A DNA stretch of 64,000 nucleotides from Paraspadella gotoi (GCA_051294375.1 JBJCIZ010000239.1:5429656-5493655), one strand, 5' to 3'. Positions 48,201 through 62,233 are shown, counted from the first letter of the stretch. Notes: a model not told the origin generated them from the sequence alone. Numbers and translations: made by a program.

Positions 48201-51200
48201 TGATTATTTGAGAGTTGATATTGAGTGACAATTTAAATAAATCCAAGGAAAGCATTAAAGAGCAAAGATAGGATTAGATCAGTAAAACAAATGCAATAAA
48301 AAATTTTCTTGCATCAGTACCATAAAAATATTAAAGTTGAAGAATAATTATATTAATTCTGGTAACTAATGCTTTAAATTAACATTCAAGTGCAAAGTGT
48401 TTTTTTAACATGTACGTGCAAAAAATCAATATAGTTTAAAAATTACTTACCAATTGGGATGTCCACTGGAGGTAAACCTAAAAAAACAATTAAAAAAAAA
48501 GAAGAAACAAGCTCTAAACCACCGTATGTTGCTGAACAATCCCATTCTTTAACTGATCTTATATTTAAAAAATATGCCTCATCTACCAAAATGATAAAAG
48601 AGAAAGTACATATTTTAAGTACTGAATAAATAACTGTTTACAATTTTTGTATTGCTAAATAATTTTATCATAATTTGTAATTTTTCAAATAAAAAACTTT
48701 TTTTTTTGTTTACAAACAATTATTTTTTTATAATATAAAAATAAAATCAGGTATTTTAAACTTTTTCTGCAGAAATAAAAAACTCATAACTATGCAATAT
48801 ATCTCCATAGTCTGTATCTGAAAACTCATATTATCAAATACTTAAAAATTTTATAGGTTTTTCTTTAAAATCTTACCATCAGATGGATTTTCTTCTGATC
48901 TAGGAGGCTTGGCCAACTCAAGCTGATCAACTGCCTTTTGCAAAATGGGTTCTGCTGAGCCTACAAAATAAAAAGTTTAGCTGATTAGAATATACTAAAG
49001 CAAAAAGAATTCCGAAAAATGATACTCAATGGGTATTTGACAGAACCGACATTATATACTTGGACTACTTTTTTAAGTAATGTCAGTCCCTCTTTTCAAA
49101 GACAAAAAGGTTGACACAATTAAAGCAATTTAATTTCATGCAGGTAATCAGATTTATAACTGATTGAAAGCCCACAATAATTAGCTACAAAATGCTATAA
49201 AGTTAATTTTACATTTTTTTCATAGTAAATTAAATAAAAACTATATTACAGCCTAAAAATCATTATTATTCTATTTGCTCTAAGATAACAGACTTGAAAA
49301 TTATAATCAGTTAGAAATTAGGAAATATTTTACTTTAAAAAAAACCAGCACAAATGAAAAACTATAAACAGCAAACCACCATAAAAGAAAAAGGGAAATT
49401 ACAAAAAAAATATTTCTTTGATAAATAACTTTCAATTTAAAACTTTGTCTTTTAATGCTATAATATTAGTTGCTTTGTCAATAAGAGCTGTATTCTAAAG
49501 AATTATACTCCTTTATTTTTTCTTCTCCTTCATTTTTGTATATTTTAAAGATACTTCAATCATAAAAATATTATTAATTTCTGACGTTCAATGTAAGATT
49601 TAAAGCATATTTTGAATACTATTATATGAAGCAATTTTTGACTAACGTTCTATGTGTTTTACAAATTATCAAAATAAAAACAATTGGAGTTAAAAGCGCT
49701 GAAAAAAAAATATTATAATTGCAGACAGTTAAACAGTGTTTCTGTGCACATTACTGAAGCAGCGAAAGAAATTAATGATTAAAATATTGCTCAATATTGA
49801 AACCTTGATTGAAAGTGTCAGCTGAATCAAGAATCTTAATCAAATGTTGCTCAGAAGAAATAAAAGACTTTATTTCGTTTTGTCCTTGACAAACGCTGTC
49901 AGTTTTTTTTTGGTTAACAATTGTGTCATCTGTTTCAGTACTCTCTCCTATTTTTTAAAAGCCGCAAGAAAAATTATCAAATAAAAAAATTATGAGAATT
50001 TTGAATTCATAATCCATTAAAATTTATAATTACTTTTTAGATCTACTACCTTATTTTAATAAACTTATCTGGGAACTATAATAATAAAAACAATGATCAA
50101 ACAAGTATCATTATTATTTTCATTAATTATTATTAATTTTGAAAAATGTTATTCATATTAATACAAATATCTGTAGTACTTAAAAATATTAAGGAATAAA
50201 ATCATGAACTGCTCAAAACAAGTTCTCTAAAAAAAAATATGAGAAAATACAAATGATAGGTTTTTTTAAATGGCAGTAGATTAAAAAGTCATTAACTCTA
50301 AATTTCAATTTTCACCCAAATCACATCTTCCCTAATGGAGTTCCGGTTAGTAAATCAAGTATATTTTTACAGTTTTTTTTTAATATCCGCTATTCTATTG
50401 GAATCACAGAATGTTTTCTGTTAGTAGTACCATTTTTCAATGAGATCTCATTTTCTATTTGCCATTAGGCACATAGATTTCTGTGAGTTTAAACTTGCCT
50501 TCTTCATAAGAATTATTTGGTGGAAAAGTTGATTCCAAATCAGCCATCATAAACTCTTCACCTTGTTTGGTGTCTTTGAAGAGTTTTTCTTTGGAATGGG
50601 GTTTATTGGGTTTTAGATTTTAAGGAAAACAAATAGTTTTTTTTTCAAGATTCATAATTAAAAAAATAATTACCCATGGTATGGTACATTCAAAATTTTA
50701 AAAATGTTGATACATGTATTAGACTTATTTCTCTTTTCATTATATTTATTATTTTGCAAAAAAAATATAGGCAGAAGAGAATTGAGTCTAAATTTAAGTA
50801 GAACACTAATTAGAATAAATGAAATACCTTTAACATCTGAAGAAGGCTTCGAAGATTCTTTTTCTTTCTCTTTAGCTAGTACAGTATCTTCTTGAATACA
50901 GTCTAAAAATCATTAGGCCAAAACCCAGTTTAAAGCAATCGATATTAATAATATTATGAAGCCCATAAAAAAAATGCAAAACACATTAGATTAGGTTTTG
51001 TTAAAATATTCAAACATAACTTTTTTTTTTAATATTTGAATTAGACAAATATTAATACCTAAATTGTTAAAAAAAACTAAAGAATATTTAATAAGGATTA
51101 CAATGTTTTAACAATTTTTAAAACTCTTTTTTATCAACCTCTATTTTATGGGCTTCAATCTGAATTATAATTATTAAAAACTTTACCTGCTTTGGTATCG

Positions 51201-54200
51201 GGTTTTGGTAGTAATTTCAATATTTCTTTTTCTGATTCAATATCTGACTTTCGTAAGTCTTCTAAGAATTCATCACAAGCTTTTGTTCGTTTCTCTATAG
51301 AATCTTTTGCTATTGGTTCTTTGCCAGGTAAATATGAGGCCTTTATATCTTCCTCAGATATCGATTCACATTTAAACTGTGAAAGATCTATTCTTTTATC
51401 TTTAAAGAATGAAAAACAGAGAAAGTTGAAAAATATAAAGTAATAAAGAATTTAAATGGTACCATTATACATACATATTTGAATAAAGTTGGCAAAAATA
51501 AAAAAGGAAAAAATATTTAGGTTTTTTATAATGTACCTACTAAAGTAAGCGATTGTAGAACAGGTTACTTACCGACTGGGACTTTAGTGCGTTCAACGAC
51601 AGAGCACGTCTCGCTCCCACTTTCCTCGGCAGACTCCTAAGTAGAAAAAAAAAGTAAAAAACTATTAATGAAAAATTATAATATTATTATTACAGTTACT
51701 ATTATTATATTAAGTCGAAAAAACTAAGTAAAAAATCATTTTATTAAGAAGAAAACCATATTATTTAGTAGAAAATTATAATATAATATCAAGCAAAAAA
51801 TTATATTATTGTATTACCTATATCATTAAAAAATTATATTAGGTTTTAACTAATTAAAAAAATAAGTAAAAAAGTAAGTAAAAAAATAAGTAAAAAAAAA
51901 TTATTAGGGCTACTTACAGTATAAGATCCATCAATTTTTGATGATCTTTGAATTGTAGAATCTCTGGATGGACCCAATTCTTCTTTAAACGCATCAAAAC
52001 CTTAAAAAAATATTATTTGATTATTTTCAAATAAATATCAACAAATCATGTACAATTTTATTTCAAGCAGCTTATCTTGAAAAACGGAAGGTTCCAGGCA
52101 CTATAACTAATTATTATAAAAATCAGAGATACTGAAATACCCTATCCCTCTTTTTTCTGAAAAAGCCATCACCGGGGTTAAAAAATTAAGTGCTACCACT
52201 AAAAAATTTTTAATCCAGATAAATACATAATTAAGAATAAATATCAACATGGATTGTTGCAATTTTCACAGTTGACACTAAAATTTAGTGCTGTAAAAGG
52301 TACTAAAAACTTGGATGTATTTTGTATTTTTATTGATATTCTATGATGCAACAATTCAAATTTATTACCAGATTGAATTAAATTTTGTGCCTAAAACGTC
52401 ACCATGAAACTAGGAAACAATATTTTTTTTAAATTATAAAAGATATATAATGCTATTAAATATAAATATAATATTATAATTTAATTCAATCTTAACTTAA
52501 TGTGTTTGTTAAACTCATCTTGATTATCTATTTCTAAAAGTTCCTAATCCTAAGTAAACATCTTATCTCACTGGGTGATTTTATATGTATGAAATAATAT
52601 AAAATATGATGAATGATTAGGGCAAAAATTTCATATACAAGCCAAAGAATCCTCTTCAGCCGATCATCATTGAAAAAACATTTTTTACTAAATATTAATA
52701 CATTAATACGCTCATAGTAAAAAAGTAGCTAATTTAATAAGGAGGTAATTTCTGCTTTGGTCACTTCATTCAGTTCTTTTGTACTTGTAAATGTACTAAT
52801 TAAATAAAAAATACCTCCTCAGTACATAATCTTTATCAATAATCTTATTTTAAGATATAAACTTGTAGCTTTTTTTTTTAAATTATAATGCTAGAAAAAA
52901 ATCACGCAGCTCGATAGATGCTATTCTAAAAAAAAAGATTTTGATTCGTTGACAACCTGCTGACGAAAGAGGACTGGGGGAAAAGGTAAAGCTATCTTCA
53001 CCCAACCCTCGCCTGGGAGTCGTGGGTGTCTTCAGATAAGAAGGGGAAAACAGGAGATCGTCCAGCGAATCTCCTGTGTTTTTTGGGTTGTTTTTTTGGG
53101 ATGTTTTTTTTTTTACATTGCGTACGAAATAAAATATGACATTAAAAAAAAGGACCCACAAAACAGACTGACATGCAATCGGAAAACAAGAGTTTTTATT
53201 TATTTCTATCACATTGTCGCCAATTGTAATGAGATGATTTTACAATCGGCATAACTTTGGGAGGTTAGTATATTTATAATCAAAATTATCAATCCCAAAC
53301 AAAAAAAGTTTAATATGAATAATAAGACGAGCAAAAAAGATATTTTTTTTAAAAAGTCGCTAAAAACAAAGCTTTTATTCTGTTAGTTATTGCTCCCTCC
53401 CGTCCATAACATGTTACAAAAATATTGTAGCTGTATATATTTTTACACGGTTATGAAAAAAAAAACCCGGAAATAAAACTGTCCAATTAAAAGCTTTGCA
53501 AATAGTGTTCAACGCTGCAAATAAAAAGAAAATAACCCATCAAAAAGTCTCATACAGACCACATAAAAAGCTAAAAACTTTAACGTGCACATTTTTTTAA
53601 AGAAAAAATAAAAGTTGAAAAAATAAGGAGAAAAAAAAAGTTGAAACGATTGAAGAAAACCCTTACTTAGGTATAGCATTTCAAGCAGCGCCCAAATTAA
53701 TCGTTACCTAAATTGGCTCTCTCAAGTTTATCAAGTGCTATATTATAGGATCGGAAAAAAAAAATCAGAAAAAAAAACGTAAAAAAAAAAAGTTGATGAA
53801 CGGCGATAAAGAAGAAAGAATATAAAATAAGAAATGAAAATTACTGGTGAAAAATCATTTCGGTAAACGGTTAAAATAAAGTAAAAAAAGATGTGCAACC
53901 CTTCCATTAAATTTCTGTCATTAATACGTATTTAAAATTGAAAACAAAAAAATCGACTCTTGCTTTTTCTCTTTAGCATTGTTTGATTTACATCCATTTA
54001 TAAATATTGTAGATAATTTAGAATCCCTATGCCTAATAATATGCGATTATAATCGAATACAACAAGTTTGGATTCAGTACAACCATAATCAACAAACATA
54101 GATTAAGTCTGAGCAAACGAAAACATATTAGAATAGAGAAACAAAAAAATGTTTAAATTATAATTGTCTGACGTCACTGACTCAGATCCTGACCCAAGAC

Positions 54201-54408
54201 CCTGACACAAAACCCTGACCCAAGACCCTCACCCGTCTGATCCAACTGCAACTTGGCCGCCTCTCTCTCCGAATTGTCAGTCACCGTCATCACGTTGTAC
54301 ATACACTTTGTGACGACATCTTCGCGTTTGATCTTTCTTAACGCTTTCTCCAAATTGTTGCCTGGTGAGAAGCAAAGATCAGGTGGTTGTCTCTCTGTCT
54401 CTTTCTCT

Positions 54409-54442
<34 letters not shown>

Positions 54443-54502
54443 TGATCTTTCTCAACGTTTTTTCCAAATTGTTGCCTGGTGAGAAGAAGCAAAAATTGGG
54501 TG

Positions 54503-54572
<70 letters not shown>

Positions 54573-54862
54573 CTCTCTTTTGATCTTTCTTAACGCTTTC
54601 TCCAAATTGTTGCCTGGTGAGAAGAAGTAAAGATCAGGTGGGTCTCTCTCTCTCTCTCTCTCTCTTTCTCTTCTCTCTCTTCTCTCTCTCTTTCTCTTTT
54701 TTGATCTTTCTTAACGCTTTCTCCAAATTGTTGCCTGGTTAGAAGAAGTAAAGATCAGGTGGGTGTCTCTCTCTCTCCCTCTTTCTCTCTCTCTCTCTCT
54801 TTTGATCTTTCTTAACGCTTTTTCCAAATTGTTGCCTGGTGAGAAGAAGCAAAAATTTGGTG

Positions 54863-54934
<72 letters not shown>

Positions 54935-55016
54935 TATTTATGGCCTATTGTTTTATTTTCTGCCTAAAGCCCATTGAACAAATTCAAATTCACAAATTAT
55001 ATCTGTCTCTCTTTCT

Positions 55017-55068
<52 letters not shown>

Positions 55069-58000
55069 ACGCTTACCAGTGGCCTGGTCCCCGGCGGATT
55101 CGTGCCAAATGTGAAGCATGGCGAGTGCTTGATCGCAAAGATTGTTTGGGTAATCATGTTTGATGGCTTGAAAGTCTTTGTCTTTGAGATCAAGATGACA
55201 GGCGAGGACGACCCAATCTCCCTGGTTATAATTTATTTAATCGCCCAGTTAATCGGTTTTTAAAGCTAAATATTTATTTATTTTTTTTAAATTCAAGCTT
55301 GTGGCCCCGCTCTTACCTGTAACACGTCGGCGATGTCAGAGAGCTTAAGTTCTGCTCGCTGTACCGTCGCCGTAGGCGAAAGTCCTTGACAGAGGATAAA
55401 TAAAAGGTAAACCAAACAATATGTTAACAAAAAAAAAAAAGCAAAAAACAAAACAAAAGGGAAGACAAAACAAAACAAAAAAAAAACTAACCCAATTTTC
55501 GTATGAGTTCTGCTCTTCTCTCTCCCGGTATGGAAGGCGGAGCGTTGTCATCGCTCGCCTTAAAAAAAAAAGAAATAAACCACACGATACATTTATAAAG
55601 CAAGTAATTAATATTAATAAACTATTAATCTGATTAAATATTTTTAAAAAGTAGTAGGAAATTGTATTAAAAACAAAGTTACGAAATAAAAAAAAAACAA
55701 AGGAACGAATAAAGGTATAAAGTTTGCAGAATAATAGTTCCCTTTAAATTTCGCGGGGCAGAAAAATGATAAATAAAGATAACTTTTAATCGTATGAAAT
55801 AAAAAAAAACAAAGGAAAGAATAAAGGAATAAAGTTTGCATAATAAATTTAAATTTTGCGGGGCTGAAAAATAATAAATTAGTTCAACGGACGGGTTGGC
55901 TGCGATGCCCATTTGGGAAGGGGGTTTCTTACTGTTGGCTTTGGGGGCTTCCAACACTCAGTGACACCTCCACTCACTAGCGGGGTTACCCTAGGACGGT
56001 CTCGCTTTGCCAACGCAGAGGGAAGTCGTTAAGACTGTGGATGGAACACTACGTCTGGGATGTAGTTTTCCCCCTCTGAGCCAATGGGATTGGCGGAACG
56101 ACGTTAAAATCACCTCGTCTGACAGAGTATCACGGATAATTATATGAGAGTTATGATAGTTTTTAAAATAGATTTGAGAAAAAAAAACCGGATGTGATTC
56201 TCCAAAACTCACCTCTGAGCCACTCTCCTTGATAAGGTGAGCAGTGAAAAATGTGGCGTGGCAGTTCTTGGTTAAAATCTCTTTTTATCTCAACTCTATT
56301 CTCTTTTCAACTTTTTTCTCTAATCTCTTTTCATCTCCACTTTAATCTTTTTCGACATTTTTACAGATTTTACAGATTTTTAAATTTCCGTTCAGGGAAT
56401 AAGGAACCGAATTAGGTACTGAAAGAAAATTCACATTAAAGGCCTTATTTTCCAAAAACGCCCCATTTCAACTTAAATTTAAAATTAGGTTAATTTTGTA
56501 AGTTGGTTAAGGAATTAGGTTAGTGATTAAGGTTAGGGATATGGTTTGTTATAGGGTTAGGACTAGGATTTAAAGTTAAGGGATAGGGTTAGAAATTAGA
56601 AATAATGGTTTAAGGTTAGGATTTAGGATTATTTTTTAAGATTAGGGTCAGGGATTAGGGTTATAGTTTATATAATTATAAATTTAAACACATACTTCTA
56701 AGGTTAAAATTAAACTCCGGAATAAAGCAACCGGGCGCTCTGGGAAAAGAGAGTCGGACCAGGCCCCCACCCCTTTCCGCCTCGGGCTAAAAAAAAAAAG
56801 CTCCTCATCTTACTCTAGAGTAGTCGGGCAGTTGCAGGTTCAGATTGCAGATGGGTAGCTGAGGAGCTTGTCCGTCGTGTCGACCGACTTTGGCTTCGCG
56901 CATGAAGGCGATTCGAGCCACTGGATCCTGGTTCATATCCTGGAAAGAGAGAAGGAAACATAGATTTGAGAGGAAAAGACCTAAATCTGATATATGAAGG
57001 AAATTCTTCACCTTGATTTTAAAATTAAAACAAAAAAATTATTTAACTTGGGTCAGAGGTCAAACTATGAGTTTTTTTTTACCTTTAGTGTTATGATAAA
57101 TGTCCTTAACTTGGGTCTGATAATGAAGAAAAGACGGTTGAGAGAAAAACTAAACTTAAGATGGAAGGAATTTTCTATACTTGTAGTCCGACAATTATGC
57201 AAAGTCCTCGCCTTAAAACTGACAATTAAAGAAAATATAACAATGATGTAAAGTCTTCGGCTAAAGTCTGATATTGATGCAAAGTCCTCGCCTTAAAACT
57301 GACAATTAAGGGAATTTTTTTCACACATACATAGTCTTGACAATAAAGAAAATATAACAATGATGTAAAGTCTTCAGCTACAGTCTGATATTGATGAAAA
57401 GTCCTCACCTTAAATCCCCCCAAAAAATGACGTAAAGTCCTCACCTTAAGTCTGACGATAAAGGGAAGTCTATTTTCTCTGAACGCGTGAAAGATGAGGT
57501 GAAGTTGTTCTCCGGATTTCGTGACTGGAACCAAATTTCCCGCCATTTCGACCTGAAAAAGATAATAATTAGGAACGATGACGAGAATATCACGTGACAT
57601 CGCTTAGAGGGGCAGACGGATTAACGGACGGACAGACGTCCAGACAGACAGTCGGACCGACAGAAAGACACCCAGCCAAACAATCAAGACGGACAGAGAG
57701 TGATGCAAATGGACAGACAGACAGACAGACTGAGTAAGACAATCGGCCGGAAATATAGAAAGTAAATAATATACCAATTAACTTAATGTTAACTTTACAT
57801 TAACATACCCTTGATTATTAACTTATTATTAAACTAATTATATAACTTATTTTAATTATTTATAATTTACAAATTATTACAAAACCTTAATGAAATTTCT
57901 CTAAAATTAATAATGCTGTGATGCCAGGGCTTTGGTCTGTTTCAGATAAACATTCAAAATATACCTTTAAAATATAAGATAAACAACAATGAAGGATCAC

Positions 58001-61000
58001 CATTTGGTGATGGCTCGCCTATACCTGGATATTGGGATTAAAGAGCCGAAATCCATGAAGGGTATAGGTTCCCAACTGATGACCTTCCCATTGTATAAAC
58101 ATAATAGATAAAAAATATTCAGAAATAGAATAATTAAAAATTAGGATAAAGGAAAAAATTATTTTCATTAAAGTATTTTAAAATTGTATTCATGACATAA
58201 AGGTGCCCCTATAGACCTTTCCCCAGTATGTATCCCTATCAGAACATACAATTCTACTTTGTAGTCTTATCCCTATTAGTTTTTTTAAAAAAATCATATA
58301 TAACTTTGGTCCCCCATCACAAAATTATCCATTCCCACCCCTTTCTGTTCAGCCTATTAGATATTATGATTTTTCATTAATGACTTTCTAACAGGAATGA
58401 TGTGTGATATCTATTAGAAAACTAGGACAGATTGTAATCTAACCTTGTGTTGTGTAGATGCTCCCTCTATTTCCAGAAGACAACACTGACTTCCCATTCC
58501 CAAAATGAGTTATTAGATATAATGATAAGTAAAATATTTTTAAGAAAGCAATATATATATATTTAAAGAATATAGATTAAATGGTAAATCTTTCATAAAA
58601 TATAATAATAAAAAATAAAAAATAGTGAAACAAGTAATTTGAAAATTTTCATAAAGAAGAACAGACGAAGAGTGTCAGACATTCATTCAGAAAAACAGAT
58701 ATTAAGAGTCAGATACAAAGAGATAGCCGCAGTCATACAGACGGACAGAGAGACCAACAGACGGACTCACCCACTGCTGTTTGGACTCGAGGACTTCGAC
58801 GTCTCGACTTCTCGCGACTTCCACGAAATGTTCTTGCGATTCTAACGTCTTGTCCATCTGGCGGATGAGAGAAGGGGCGTGGAGTGGACAAATAGGGGGG
58901 CGTGGAGTGGCCGAAGGGGGAGTGATAGAGAGGGGTGTGATCACGAGGGAGTTTGGGGATAGTTGTTACTTTCTTTAAACCAGGGTACGAACCTCTCTAA
59001 CTGAAAACAATGCAGCCATGTCATGTCATATGTCCCATTGTTCCAGCTCTCTCTCTCTCTCCCTCCCTCCCTCTCTCCCTCTCTCTCTCTCTCTCTCACC
59101 TTATCGTCCGTCATACAGAAGACCCTTAGACGGGCCTCCATTTCCGACTGTCGTTTGGCGAAGACGACAAACTTGGACATGAACGGGCAGGCTATGGCCT
59201 CGCGGTAAAGCTCCGTCGCCATCTTCGTCGCCTCGTTGTGATTCTGACAATCCATCAGCCAGAAACGAGCGGAAACCTGAAAACGGAAAAAAAAGGGGGA
59301 TTTGAATTTGTTGATTATTTTTATCCTTTTTTTAAAATTAATATTATGTATTTTATGTTTAATATTAGAGAGAAAAATTGAAAAGCAATATATTTGTCTA
59401 TTTGTAAATGCATTTGTAATATAAACAAAGAATACAATTTTCGCAAGCGAAAAAAAAAACAGAATAAAACATAATTAGGGGTTTCTAGCTTTTAAACATG
59501 TAATACATATTGTAATGTAATACATGTAATACATATTCCTTGTATCTTCACAAGGACATAACGAAAACAACGACAACAATAAAATCAACGACAACAATAA
59601 AAAAACGATAACCACAACAACAAAAACGTCAAGAACAACTACATCTATAACACGAAAATAAATATAAAAAAAATTATAATAATAATATCAATAGTAATAA
59701 CAATAATAATAACAGTAATAATAATTACAAAAATAACGATAACGACTAATAATAACTGACTAACGAATTCCCCAAACTCACAGTCGTCGTAAAGGAAACG
59801 CATTCATTGACAAAAGTGAGGGGCGTCGTGCCGGTGATGTCTTCCCACTGCGCAGGCGTGGTCCCTCCCGTGATGGAGCACAACAGTCGCAACGTGGGGG
59901 CGTCGCTTCTGAGAGAGAGAGAGAAAGAGGGGGAGGGGGGAAGAGAGGGAGAGAGGGAAGGAGGGAAGGAGGAAGGGAGGAAAGGAAAGGAGGGAAGGAA
60001 CAGGAAAGGAAAGGAGAGGAGAGGAAAGAAAAGAAAAGAAAAGAAAAGAAAAGAAAAGAAAAGAAAAGAAAAGAAAAGAAAAGAAAAGAAAAGAAAAGAA
60101 AAGAAAAAATGAAACAGAAGGAAAGGAAAGGAAAGAAAATGAAAGGAAAGGAAAGGAAAGGAAAGGAAAGGAAAGGAAAGGAAAGGAAAGGAAAGGAAAG
60201 GAAAGGAAAGGAAAGGAAAGGAAAGGAAAGGAAAGGAAAGGAAAGGAAAGGAAAAGAAAAGAAAGGAGCCAAAAGGAAAGAAAGAAAAGACAAGGTATAC
60301 AGGATAGAAAAATAGGGTAAGGGGAAAGTGAGGAAGGGGGAAGGGGAAGTCCGTGAGATTCCCAAAATCCTTTCAATTGATTTCCACATCGAACGTCTCA
60401 AATTTTTCGTCGCTTCTCCTACCCCAAGGAAAACAATAACCGCTAAGACGACGACCAAGACGACGACAACCACAAATATAACCACCAGGAGGAACGACGA
60501 CCACGACCACAAAACGACCACAACATTCCCACCCCCTCACCGGTACAAACCTTTGAGTAGCAGGCACCGCCGCAGACTGTGGATGTCCCCCTGTATTTCC
60601 AAGGCCTCCTCCTCCTCCTCCTCCTCCTCCCCCTGGTCCTGGAACCCCGCTTCCTCCTCCTCCTCCTCCTCCTCCGTATTTGTTGAGCATACCCTTTGAG
60701 GCAGCTTGAGGCACAGGGATGGTCAGTGTGATTGGCTTGTGGAACTTGCGACGTCGGGGCTCCACCGTGACGATGGGGCTGACGGCCACCCTGTGAAGAA
60801 GGGGGTTGGTGTTGGGTAGGGGAGGGAAGCAGGGATTGTGTTTATGTTTATGTTTATGTTTATTTATCTCTTTGTCTTTTCTTTGTTTCTTTTTTTTCTT
60901 TTTCATTTATCTCTTTCATTTATGTTTATTTGTTTATTTATGTTTCTTTGCGTCTTTGTTTTTTCTTTTCTTGTCTTTGTCTTTTCTTTCTTTTCTTTTT

Positions 61001-62171
61001 GTCTTTCTTTCTTTCCTTGTCTTTCTTTCTTTCTTTCTTTCTCTTTCTTTCTTTCATTTTTTCTTTCTTTCCTTGCCTTTTCTTTCTTTTGCTTTTCCTT
61101 CCTTCTATCTTTCTCTCTCTCTATTTCTCCATCTTTCTCCTTCCATCTTTCTCTCTCTCTCTTTCTCCTTCTTTCTCCTTCCATCTTTCTCTATCTCTCC
61201 TTCTTCTTTCTCCTTCCATCTCACCTGTTCCCAAGAAGTTTGCTGACCAACTCAGACGCGATCGGCTGGGCCTGCAAACCCACTTTGATTCTTTTGGTGA
61301 GCGCACCCTCCGGGAAGACAGCCTGAGGACAAGGACATGCAAATGAAAATATATGAGGACGATAGAAAATGGGAAAAAATTGTGGGGGGGGGGAAATGAG
61401 GAAAATGTAAAAATTGGCAAAAATGAAAGAAATCAAACGAACCTGCACTTGCGGCACCACGGTGGAACTGAGCATCCCGCCGTCCGCACCGATGCTGTGC
61501 GACTCCTGGCGGATGCGCGTCACAATCGCGAAGTACTGAAGAGGAAAAACAAAGGAACAATGGATGAAGGTTAAAGCGAATTATAAACCGCGCGTCGAAC
61601 ATTGAAGCGAGGAAAAATACAAAACTATTACAGAGGGGTTTAATTACATAGTAATTAACGTTATTAGGTAGAAATATGAGAAGGGTAGAAAGAGAGAATT
61701 GCTATGCCGAAGACAAATCAGTAGGAAAACGTCTGAGAGACAGTCGAAGAAACGGAGTAACTTGTGATTCATTTCTCATGAGATCGAAGTCTTCAATTTC
61801 ATTTACATATTGTAGCAGTTTAAACAATTTCTCTTTTGATACGAATTTCTCAGAGGATTCTTTTTACTATTATAGGAATAATTTTAATAGGGTTTAATAA
61901 TAATTTAGTTTATCAAAATAATAATCAAATATTTAGCTTTACAAAAGAAAATATTAACAGAAACAGAACTAAGAATGTAAAGACCATTTAATTTACCTGG
62001 GGAAAGTCAGTAGTGAGAATTCGGGTGATGCGTTTGGACGCCAACTCCTCCGGTTGATCCAATTCCTCTCCATCAAACGTGCCGTTAAGAGTCTCCTGAA
62101 TTGCCTGATAGAGACAGAGAAGGTGGAGGGAGAGAGAGAGTTATATGGCTGTGAGGAGTTTGATATGTAAT

Positions 62172-62233
<62 letters not shown>

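Noticed and set aside
56500-56670. Telomere or chromosome fusion site
   Set aside because: TTAGGG runs are short, degenerate and enclosed by MITE-like ends inside an intron.
59778-61346. Many ORFs rich in SL, RE, FFS or KERK
   Set aside because: Translations of (CT)n, (GA)n and (GGAAA)n microsatellites; the same applies to similar ORFs throughout the window.
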